Positions 40,516-48,627 of a stretch of 64,000 bases of DNA are shown here, piece after piece (within the stretch, counting starts at the first letter, position 1; every line of letters starts with the position of its first letter). The translations under genes and the position numbers were made by a program. This DNA comes from Terriglobia bacterium (GTDB lineage Bacteria > Acidobacteriota > Polarisedimenticolia > Polarisedimenticolales > JAIQFR01). The notes below the pieces were generated by a model. It made no database searches and was not told the origin of the DNA. It was given only the letters and a program-made list of their open reading frames with translations. The stretch is from the NCBI GenBank assembly GCA_963748015.1, contig CAVVHE010000004.1, positions 704,001 to 768,000 of the forward strand, given 5' to 3'.

Positions 40516-41724
40516 CTACCCCGCCTCCTGCTCCTCCCCGAGTACCGCTTCCCGATAGCACGGGTATGCCCAGCCTCCCCACCCCAGACGGGTCACCGCC
40601 TCGGCGCCCTCGACGCCCTGGTCGGCCAGTTCGGCGGCCGTCTGCTGGACGAGGTCGAGGCCGAAGAAGCAGGAGGCGGAGTACAGGAGGCGGTTGACCG
40701 TGTCGGGCGGGGTGCGCGCCACCTGCTCGCCGAAGCCGGAGTGGCCGAGCCGGTTCGCGAGGTAGGCGACCGGGTCGAATGCCGGCTCCTGCCGAGCGCG
40801 GGCGGAGAGCGCTCCGAGGCATGCCGGGAGCGCGTGGTGGAGGAATGCCAGGCGGGTCATCCGGCGGGCAAGCTCGAGATCCTGCTCGGAGAGGTCGAAC
40901 GCGGCGCGGTGCTCCTCGAGAAAGGGCACGGCGAGAGCGGCGCGGTAGTCCGCGAACCCTTCGGACGGTGGGAGTGCGGCGAAGCGGATCCGCGCGCGAT
41001 GGTCCGGCTGGAGGAACTCCGGAAGCTCGCGGCTCAGGGCGTTCTGCACCGCGTGCCCGGCGAGCTCGTGCGCGAGGCTCCGCGCGACGGCCACGGGACT
41101 GACCCGGATCCGGTCCCCCTCGCGGAACACCATGAACTCACCGGGCGCCAGGACTACGCGGTGACGGGCGGGCTCGTACCAGGCGTGGTCGGCCTCCGCG
41201 CCGCCGAGCACGATCTCCGCGTCGGTCCCGGGGATCCGCCCTTCTCGGGCTCCCAGCCACTCGCGGAACGCTTGGCCGACCTTCGCCGTAAGCTGCTCGA
41301 GAAGGGGCCTCACGTCCGGAGCCTCCGGCGCGACGCGGTTCGCGCGGAAGCCGTGCCTGAGCTCCAGATAGCTCAGCACGTCCCTCTGATCCAGGTCGGC
41401 CAGCGCCGATTCGAGCCGGTCGAGCGCCCCGGGTCCAGCGAGGACGTCGAGAAGTCGCTGCGGGGAAACGCTCGGCCACTCGAATCGGTAGCGGGCGGTC
41501 TGCTCCAGGAGCTCCCAGGAGGCCTCGAGGTGCCGTACCACGAGAGTCTCGAAGGGCGTGGCCGGCTCGCACGAGCGGACCAGGTTCCTGGCGCGCGTGA
41601 GCTCCCAGGTCAGGTGCCCGAAGGCGAGAGGCGAGGGGAGGTCGTCGAGCGCGTCGAGGAGGAGCTCGGCGGAGTCGAGGCAGCGCGCGTCGGCTTCGCG
41701 AAGGGGATCGAGGGGAAAGGTCAT
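40516..41724 (-). CDS. Putative gluzincin-type metallopeptidase (HExxxH)
   Basis: LAHELAGH followed by SEGFADY; ATGA overlap with the upstream ATP-grasp gene. Confidence 0.65.
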   Translation of the reverse strand: MTFPLDPLREADARCLDSAELLLDALDDLPSPLAFGHLTWELTRARNLVRSCEPATPFETLVVRHLEASWELLEQTARYRFEWPSVSPQRLLDVLAGPGALDRLESALADLDQRDVLSYLELRHGFRANRVAPEAPDVRPLLEQLTAKVGQAFREWLGAREGRIPGTDAEIVLGGAEADHAWYEPARHRVVLAPGEFMVFREGDRIRVSPVAVARSLAHELAGHAVQNALSRELPEFLQPDHRARIRFAALPPSEGFADYRAALAVPFLEEHRAAFDLSEQDLELARRMTRLAFLHHALPACLGALSARARQEPAFDPVAYLANRLGHSGFGEQVARTPPDTVNRLLYSASCFFGLDLVQQTAAELADQGVEGAEAVTRLGWGGWAYPCYREAVLGEEQEAG

Positions 41725-42656
41725 GGCGTTCCCCTGCCGATCAGGTAATCGGCGAGCTTACCGGAGATGTCGAGCCCCGAGCGGGCCTCGAAGTTCACGA
41801 AGAACGGCGCGGAATTGCATTCGAGGAGCATGAAGCGGCCGGTGTCGCTCTGTCGCATGAAATCCACGGCCGAGAAGGGCATTTCCCAGATCCGCACGGC
41901 GGCTAGCGCCGCGGCGGCCGCGTCCGCGGGAAGGGCGATGCGGCGCACCCTCGCGCTCCCGCGCCGGGAATCGATCTCGGACGGCGCCGTGGGAACGACT
42001 TCCGCCGCGCCGATCACCGCGCCCCCGAGGACGAACGCGCGGACGTTGTCCCCCTCGATCCTTTCCTGGAGCAGGACCGGCGACCTGCGGAGCATCGCAT
42101 TCGCGGCCTCTAGCGACCGGGGCAGCTCGAGCCGCTCGGTGTGCGTGTATCCCCCCACCATGCCCTTCGTGATCCAATCCCCGGGCAGCCGGTCCTGCAT
42201 CGTCGCGAGGAGATTCGCGTCGGTCGTGGAGACCGTGACCGGGACCGGCAATCCGGCCCGCTCGTACTCGGCGATCTCGAACGGCTTGAGGAAGTGCACG
42301 TCGTGCGTGGCGGGTGGATTCACCACCGGGATCCTGCGTCCCAGGTGCTCGAGGAGAGCGTTCCACGCCGAAAGCTGGCGGCGCGAGCGGTCGAGGGCGG
42401 GGCGGCTCGCCTCGAGATCCACGGTTCCATCCGGCGCCCGCACGACGGACGGAGGCAGCCGGAACTCGGCGATGTAGATCCCCCGGACGTTCGAGAGATC
42501 CTCGCCGCATGCCGAGATCCGGCCTCGGCCGATGCGGATGGCGGGGTCGTTCCGGGGATCGAGGACGACGGGCTGCCCTCCTCGTTCCTCGATTCGCATG
42601 CCGAGACGCTGCACCTCGGGGCGATCGGTCGGTCCGACCAGCGCGATGCGTATCAA
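41721..42656 (-). CDS. ATP-grasp ligase, RimK / graspetide synthetase-like
   Basis: VVNPP..K, GLPVP.T..T.D, ITK, LLQERIEG..VR, DSRR, AVDF, LLECN..P; TTG start with AGGAGG RBS overlapping the radical SAM stop. Confidence 0.88.
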   Translation of the reverse strand: MIRIALVGPTDRPEVQRLGMRIEERGGQPVVLDPRNDPAIRIGRGRISACGEDLSNVRGIYIAEFRLPPSVVRAPDGTVDLEASRPALDRSRRQLSAWNALLEHLGRRIPVVNPPATHDVHFLKPFEIAEYERAGLPVPVTVSTTDANLLATMQDRLPGDWITKGMVGGYTHTERLELPRSLEAANAMLRRSPVLLQERIEGDNVRAFVLGGAVIGAAEVVPTAPSEIDSRRGSARVRRIALPADAAAAALAAVRIWEMPFSAVDFMRQSDTGRFMLLECNSAPFFVNFEARSGLDISGKLADYLIGRGTP

Positions 42657-44023
42657 GCCGGGTCTCCTCCTACGCCTCCTCGGCGGCGCTCGCTCGCATC
42701 GCCCGCCGGGATCCTGGAGACGTGCCGGATCTCGAGGATCGGCTCGAGGTGGAACTTGTAGTGCTCGCACGCTCCGTGAGGCTCGTCCTTCAGCTTGAGC
42801 GCCTCGTAAGGGCACCCCCCGTGGCAGAGGGGCAGCACGCTGCAGGAGCGGCACTCGCTCTTGTCCATGGGAGTCCAGGCGAGCCAGGCCGCCTCGTTGG
42901 TCCGATGGAACGGCTGGCTCCCGTCCACGAGGTGGCCGACGGCCAGGTCGGGACCGAGCGTCACCTCGTGCCAGCACTTGAAGATCGCGCCGGAGGGAGC
43001 GATCACGTAGGCCTCGGCTCGATCGGCGGTGCAGAACGCTCCCGTCAGGCGGAATGGATAGCGCGAGAGCGGCAGCTTCCGGCGCGCGGCCTCTCGGTAG
43101 ATCTCGACCTCGGTGCGGGCGAACTCCTCGCTCGAGAAGCAGCTCTCCTGGATGTTGCCGCAGACGGTGCCGGCGGCCGTGACCTGCGCGAGATAGGGGC
43201 GGGCCTTGGCGGCGATCCCTTCTCTCGCGAGGAGTTCGACGACCTCCAGGGCGGCGTCGGCGTTGCGCCTGTCCACGTTGATTCGCGTCTGGAACTGCGC
43301 GAGGTCCACGGTATCCTTCATGTTTCGTACGATGCGCTCGAACGTGCCCTGGCCTCCCGCGAGGAACCGGCGCCGGTCGTGCTCCGCGGGCGGCCCGTCC
43401 AGCGTGATCTGCACCTCCTTCACGCCGAGCGCGGCGAGCTTCTCCATGCGGCGCCGGTCCAGGAGATACCCGTTGGTGACGAGCTGGGCCTGGTAGGCGA
43501 ATCCCCGTTCCGCCGCGAGCGCCTGGAATCGCGTCGAAAGATTCTCGAGCACCTGCAGGGCGCCGGGAAGGGTGGGCTCCCCGCCGAACCACGTGACGTG
43601 GAAGAGTTCGATGCGGCGGGAGCGCTCGTCGACCCATTCCAAGAGGGCGTCCTGCACGGGACGGCTCATCGTGACCCTGAGGTGCTCCTCGTAGCAGTAG
43701 TCGCAGCGGAAGTTGCAGTCGAGGGTCGGCGCGATGGTGAGATGCAGCTGGTCGGTCCGGAACCGGTCGCGCATCATCCCGACCTGCAGCGCGGCCAGTT
43801 CGTCGTCGCCCTCTTCCAACAGGAAATGCCCCTCGATCAGGGCCTCCCGGATGTCGCGCTTGTGAGCGGTATCGCAGGGAATGCCTTCGGGATCGGCCAG
43901 GATCGCCTGGATGAAGGGCACGTCGCCGGGGTCGAGCTCGGCCAACGCGGTGGACCAGGAGTTGAATGCGAGCCAGGTACCGTCGCTCGCCTGGAAGATA
44001 CGGTTGTATCGCGATCGTTTCAC
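42653..44023 (-). CDS. Radical SAM/SPASM domain peptide maturase
   Basis: CNFRCDYC, WFGGEP, TNG, QITLDG, SPASM C..KCW..CRSC.VLPLCHGGCP..C; N-terminal SRYN..LAFNS..L..L..G RRE-like region; GTG start (GTGA overlap). Confidence 0.93.
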   Translation of the reverse strand: MKRSRYNRIFQASDGTWLAFNSWSTALAELDPGDVPFIQAILADPEGIPCDTAHKRDIREALIEGHFLLEEGDDELAALQVGMMRDRFRTDQLHLTIAPTLDCNFRCDYCYEEHLRVTMSRPVQDALLEWVDERSRRIELFHVTWFGGEPTLPGALQVLENLSTRFQALAAERGFAYQAQLVTNGYLLDRRRMEKLAALGVKEVQITLDGPPAEHDRRRFLAGGQGTFERIVRNMKDTVDLAQFQTRINVDRRNADAALEVVELLAREGIAAKARPYLAQVTAAGTVCGNIQESCFSSEEFARTEVEIYREAARRKLPLSRYPFRLTGAFCTADRAEAYVIAPSGAIFKCWHEVTLGPDLAVGHLVDGSQPFHRTNEAAWLAWTPMDKSECRSCSVLPLCHGGCPYEALKLKDEPHGACEHYKFHLEPILEIRHVSRIPAGDASERRRGGVGGDPA

Positions 44024-44871
44024 GATGAGGCTCCAAGGGCTATGGCCTCGAGCCTCTCGAGGAGGAGCGGCGCGAGGCGTCCGTCGAGACAGGTGTTCCA
44101 GGACGCGAGATCGGGGCCGGCCTCGATCGCGAGGATCTCTGCCGAGGCCGGGGCCGCCGCGACGGAGACGGACGCGATTTGCAGGCCGAGAGCGAGGGCG
44201 GCGGCCGTCGCGAGGGCGGCGGCTTCCTTGGGGACGTTCTCCCAGCCGCGTCCGCGGACGCCCGCCGGGTTTCCACCGACGACGAGGAGCTCGAGGACCT
44301 CGCCTCGAATCGGCGCTAGAACGATCGCCGGCTCGCCTGGAGCGGGACGGGAGGGGCGGTGCCAGCGGTCGCGGCCGGCGGCGTCCAGGACCAGGCCCCC
44401 CTCGCGGGAGGCGTCCGGCGCCGGCTCGAGCGCCCACGGATGGACCGGAAGTCCAGCGCCGGCAAGGCGTTCGAGGGCCACCGCCGGGGACGCGGCGAGG
44501 TGCGCCGCGGCGGGCGGATTCCAGACGGGCACGGTCCGGGAGGCGATCCAGATTGCCGAGAGCGCCAGCGAGCGGGCTTCGCGCTCGGGAGAGATCCTGG
44601 CACCCGGCTCGGGAGACTCGAAGCGGAGCTCCTCGGGGAGTTGCGGCTGCGGCCACGGGAAAAGCGGGCATTCCAGCAGGATCGCGCCCGCTCCGAGGAG
44701 ATCCACGCCCTCCCAGACGACCTCGCCGGGGCTCACCGTCACGGGGCGGTTCCGGAGAGGCGCGTCGAGCGAGAGCGCGACGCACTCGGTCCCCCGGGCC
44801 CTCGCCGCTTCCACGAGCGACGGCCCGAAACCTGCCGCTTCCACGCCGAGATACGCCAAAGTCCGGAGCAT
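44020..44871 (-). CDS. Degenerate ATP-grasp-fold protein
   Basis: Similar layout to 41721..42656 (VWNPP, AGLPV, LLVVGG, ILAIEAGP) but lacks the Lys, QE and ExN residues. Confidence 0.65.
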   Translation of the reverse strand: MLRTLAYLGVEAAGFGPSLVEAARARGTECVALSLDAPLRNRPVTVSPGEVVWEGVDLLGAGAILLECPLFPWPQPQLPEELRFESPEPGARISPEREARSLALSAIWIASRTVPVWNPPAAAHLAASPAVALERLAGAGLPVHPWALEPAPDASREGGLVLDAAGRDRWHRPSRPAPGEPAIVLAPIRGEVLELLVVGGNPAGVRGRGWENVPKEAAALATAAALALGLQIASVSVAAAPASAEILAIEAGPDLASWNTCLDGRLAPLLLERLEAIALGASS

Positions 44872-44904
44872 GCGTCGTAATATACCGCCTCTTGGAGTGT
44901 AACC

Positions 44905-45975
44905 ATGCGCCGCCGATTGCCGCTGATGCGAACCCTCTTGATTCTCATCGCCCTTCTCGTCTTGACATGCGCCGCGGTGCTCGGTTTCTGGCGAATCGAC
45001 CGCGTCGTGATCGCCGACGGGCGTCTCGAGGGCGGGTCCATCGCCGTCTGCTCGCCCCGGGACGGCGTCGTCGCCGAGGTGTTGGTGCGCGGTGGGCTCG
45101 CGGTCAAGGCGGGGGACGCGCTCGTCCGGCTGGATCGGCGGGAGCTGGAGGCGGAGGCGGCGGGACGTCTCGCTCGTTTCCAGGGACTCGAGGCGGAGCG
45201 CAACTCGAAGCTGGCGGAGCTGAGGCGGATCGAGGGCGCGGTCCAGCCCCGGGAGAGGGACGAGGCGAGGGCGGCCGCCGAGCGGGCCCGCATCGAGCAG
45301 CGGCGTACCGATCTGGAGGCCGATGCCACGGCGCGGCTCGGCGAGGAGGGGATCGTCGGACGGCTCCAGGTGGAGAAGGCGGCGCTTGACCGCAAGATCG
45401 CGGCCATGGGACTCGAGCGCGCCGAACGGGACATCCATCTCGTCGAGGCGCAGCAACGGGCCACCGTGGAGGGGATGACCGCGGACATCCGGCGCCTCGA
45501 GGGGGAGATGGACGCGGAGCGGGTGGCGCGGGATGCGCTCCTCGAAAACATCCGCGCTTCGTCGGTCGGCGCCCCGGTCGCGGGCATCGTCGTCGCGACG
45601 CGCCTCGAGGACCTGTCCGGAAGAGCCGTCGGGAAAGGGGAGGAGCTGTTGCGGGTGCAAGTCGGCTCGCCGGGAAAATTCGCCGGGATGTTGACCGACG
45701 CGGGGCGGGCCTCCGCGAAATCCGGGCAGCTGGTGAAGATCCGTCTCGACGCCTATCCCTGGCTCATCCACGGAACGCTCAAGGGGCGCGTGGCCCGCGC
45801 GTCGGAGCGCCGGGGCGACCGGGGAGGGTTCCCGGTGGAGATCGACATCGAGCCCTCGACCGCTCCCGGCGTCCTGCGAGAGGGGATGGCCGGAACGGCG
45901 CGGATCGTGGTCGAGGAGAAGGTCTCCCCGGGCCGGCTGTTCCTCGAAAGGCTGACGGGGCCGGGCGGGCCGTGA
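44905..45975 (+). CDS. HlyD-family membrane fusion protein
   Basis: N-terminal TM, G.V.EVLV..G..V.AGD.L..LD, coiled coil, AP..GIV, GQ.V.IRLDAYP..G.L.G.V, GM.G.A.I. Confidence 0.9.
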   Translation: MRRRLPLMRTLLILIALLVLTCAAVLGFWRIDRVVIADGRLEGGSIAVCSPRDGVVAEVLVRGGLAVKAGDALVRLDRRELEAEAAGRLARFQGLEAERNSKLAELRRIEGAVQPRERDEARAAAERARIEQRRTDLEADATARLGEEGIVGRLQVEKAALDRKIAAMGLERAERDIHLVEAQQRATVEGMTADIRRLEGEMDAERVARDALLENIRASSVGAPVAGIVVATRLEDLSGRAVGKGEELLRVQVGSPGKFAGMLTDAGRASAKSGQLVKIRLDAYPWLIHGTLKGRVARASERRGDRGGFPVEIDIEPSTAPGVLREGMAGTARIVVEEKVSPGRLFLERLTGPGGP

Positions 45976-47741
45976 GGGGAGCGGATCCGCACCGGCGGGG
46001 GATGGTCCGGCGGTTCTTCGCCGCCTTCGTACGGCCCTATCTCGGCCTGCAGGTGGAGATCGGGCTCTGCCTCCTGGTCGGCGTCGTTCTCGGTCTCGCG
46101 GACCCGCTGGTTCTCCGTGCGATCATCGATCGCGCCCTCGGCGACGGCGACCGGCAGGCGCTTTTCCTGCTGACGGGACTGCTCGCGCTGGTGCTCTTGT
46201 TCCGCGTCGCCTTCCGCCTCCTCTCGACATGGCTCTACAGCTACTCGGGGCTGAGGATCCTGTTCGATCTCAGGAGCCGGATGTTCGAGCACGTCGAGCG
46301 GCTCTCCCCGTACTTCTTCCGGGGGGAGCGATTCGGCGACATCCTCTCGCGACTCACCTCCGACATCGACGTGCTGCAGCAGGCGGCGGCGCACACGGTG
46401 GTGAACGCGGCCAGCGACGGGCTGACCGTCGCGGGGATCCTCGCGCTCCTGGTCTGGCTCGATCCGGTCTTGACGGCGGGGCTCGTGCTCGCCTACCCGC
46501 TTCTCCTGGTCCTCCTCGCGCGGGTGAATCGCGACATCCGCGACGAGGGGCGGCGCGCGCGCGAGGCCTACGGCGGCCTCTTCGCGTTCCTGGAGGAGCG
46601 GCTGACGGGTATGCGGCTCGTTCAGGAGCACCTGCGCGAGAAGGCCGAGGCGCGCGCGCACGTGCGGGTCTCGCGGCCGCTGATCCGGTCGAACCTGGCG
46701 CTCTCGATGTACGGGGCGTGGCAGGTGGCGCTGGCCGATCTCGTGAACACGGGCGCCTTCGTGTTGATCTTCGTGGCAGGCGGCTCGAGGGTCCTCGCGG
46801 GCGCGCTCTCCGTCGGGAGTCTCGTTGCGTACTACACCCTGGCGACGCGGCTCTTGAGGCCGATCAGCGGGCTCATCGAGGTCAACGTGGACCTGCAGGT
46901 GGCGCGCGCGTCGCTTGCCCGGATCTTCGAGATGCTCGATCTGGTCCCGGAGATTCGCGAGCAGGCCGGGGCCAAGGCCCCGGTCGCGGTGCGCGGGCAC
47001 ATCGCGCTGAGCGGCGTCGGCCTCGCGTGGCCCGACGGGACGCGCGCCCTCGAGAACGTGGAGCTCGAGATCCCCTCGGGCGGCGTGGTCGCCGTCGTCG
47101 GTCCCTCGGGAGGAGGGAAATCGACCCTCGCCGCCTTGCTCCCTCGTTACATGGACCCTCAAGCGGGTCGGGTGACTATCGACGGGCTGGACATCCGTGG
47201 CTGGCCCCTTCGGGATCTGAGGCGAGCGGTCGGGCTCGTTCCGCAGGAGACGCAGGTCTTCCACGACACGCTGGAAGCCAATCTTCGGCTCGCCTCGCCC
47301 GGCGCGCCCGAGGCGCGCCTCCTCGAAGCGCTCGAGCTCGCAGGGCTCGGCGAGTTCGTGCGCTCGATTCCGGAGGGGTTGAAGACCACCGTCGGGGAGC
47401 AGGGTCTGCGCCTGAGCGGCGGAGAGAGACAGCGGCTCGCCCTCGCGCGGGCCCTCCTGAAGGACCCGGCCGTTCACGTCCTCGACGAGGCGACCTCCGC
47501 GCTGGACCCGCGTACCGAGCGGCAGGTGCTCGCGCGCTTCCTCGAGCGCGTACGGGGGCGGACGGTCATCCTGATCGCCCACCGGCTCACGAGCCTCGTG
47601 GGGGTGGACAGGATCTTCGTGCTCGCGAGGGGACGGATCGAAGGGAGCGGCACCCACGAGGAGCTCTACCGCGCCGGCGGACTCTACAAGGACCTCTACG
47701 ACGACCAGCTCCGGCGCGTCGGCGAGGAACCGCACCCGTAG
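45972..47741 (+). CDS. ABC exporter, fused TMD-NBD, no C39 peptidase domain
   Basis: Six TM helices, GPSGGGKST, LSGGERQR, LDEATSALD, IAHRL; GTGA overlap with the HlyD gene. Confidence 0.95.
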   Translation: MRGADPHRRGMVRRFFAAFVRPYLGLQVEIGLCLLVGVVLGLADPLVLRAIIDRALGDGDRQALFLLTGLLALVLLFRVAFRLLSTWLYSYSGLRILFDLRSRMFEHVERLSPYFFRGERFGDILSRLTSDIDVLQQAAAHTVVNAASDGLTVAGILALLVWLDPVLTAGLVLAYPLLLVLLARVNRDIRDEGRRAREAYGGLFAFLEERLTGMRLVQEHLREKAEARAHVRVSRPLIRSNLALSMYGAWQVALADLVNTGAFVLIFVAGGSRVLAGALSVGSLVAYYTLATRLLRPISGLIEVNVDLQVARASLARIFEMLDLVPEIREQAGAKAPVAVRGHIALSGVGLAWPDGTRALENVELEIPSGGVVAVVGPSGGGKSTLAALLPRYMDPQAGRVTIDGLDIRGWPLRDLRRAVGLVPQETQVFHDTLEANLRLASPGAPEARLLEALELAGLGEFVRSIPEGLKTTVGEQGLRLSGGERQRLALARALLKDPAVHVLDEATSALDPRTERQVLARFLERVRGRTVILIAHRLTSLVGVDRIFVLARGRIEGSGTHEELYRAGGLYKDLYDDQLRRVGEEPHP

Positions 47742-48024
47742 CCCGCGAACCGCGGCGCGGTCAGGCGTCTAAGTCAAGACGAATCCAATAGTTATGCGCC
47801 AGATGGACGAGGCGTCTCGGGTCCGCTTCGCGACGGTCCCGGGGATCGGCCTCGGGGCCGGGGAACGAATCTCGGCGACGGATAGCCTCTAGCCGCGCGA
47901 AACCTATATTAGTTCTGGGACGAGGGGCGTGCCCGCGGTCTCACCCGGCCCGAGCGGTCGAGCCCGGACCGGCAAGGAGAGTCGCCGCGGCACGCGCCCC
48001 CGGCGCGAAGGGGGACGGAACGCC

Positions 48025-48477
48025 ATGAAACGGAGCACCCGCGGGTTCACCTTGATCGAGCTTCTGATCGTCGTGGCGATCATAGGAATCATCTCGGCGA
48101 TCGCCATTCCGAACCTGCTCAACGCCATCGATCGCGGGAAGCAGAAACGATCCATGGTGGACATCCGTTCGGTGGCCACCGCCGTGGAAGGGTACGCGAT
48201 CGAGTTCAACTATTACCCCGTCGCGAACGACATGGCCTCGCTCGCGACCGCCGCGACCAGCGTCGTCCCCCAGTACATCGCGGTGATGCCGATGCAGGAC
48301 GCCTGGCGCAACGACTTCTATCTCTCCTCGTCCACCCTCGGATACACGATCGCCTCCGGCGGGAAGGACGGCGGCGGTCTCACCGGCGTGCAGTGGGGTC
48401 CATTCCAGGACTTCAACAAGCCGATCGTGATGATGGTCGGCACGTTCATGGCGTGGCCCGAGGGCGCGCAGCGGTAA
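48025..48477 (+). CDS. Type II secretion pseudopilin / type IV pilin-like protein
   Basis: RG/FTLIELLIVVAIIGII prepilin cleavage motif; DAW..F and GKDG GspG-like motifs. Confidence 0.88.
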   Translation: MKRSTRGFTLIELLIVVAIIGIISAIAIPNLLNAIDRGKQKRSMVDIRSVATAVEGYAIEFNYYPVANDMASLATAATSVVPQYIAVMPMQDAWRNDFYLSSSTLGYTIASGGKDGGGLTGVQWGPFQDFNKPIVMMVGTFMAWPEGAQR

Positions 48478-48553
48478 CGATCCGCCGGCGCCCCCGCGTC
48501 GCCCTCCGCCGCACCCCCGCGCTACCTCTCCGGCCGACCTTTCCGCCGTCGGC

Positions 48554-48583
48554 TTGACCCCGCGACCGACACGGCGGTACCCT
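48554..48583 (+). promoter_or_regulatory. Putative sigma-70 promoter
   Basis: TTGACC-N18-TACCCT upstream of 48628. Confidence 0.4.
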
Positions 48584-48627
48584 CCTCTTTCGCTGACTGG
48601 AACCGAATCCCCAGGAGAAAAGAACTC

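Noticed and set aside
41721..45771. Long N-terminal extensions on the ATP-grasp, radical SAM and degenerate ATP-grasp ORFs (771, 710 and 583 aa)
   Set aside because: Off-frame read-through in GC-rich DNA. Stop/start overlaps and RBSs give 42656 and 44023; 44871 is set by the divergent HlyD gene.
47765..47800. AT-rich tract resembling an IHF site (TAAGTC..AATCCAATAGTTA)
   Set aside because: Imperfect match and no clear sigma-54 promoter nearby, so it cannot be supported.
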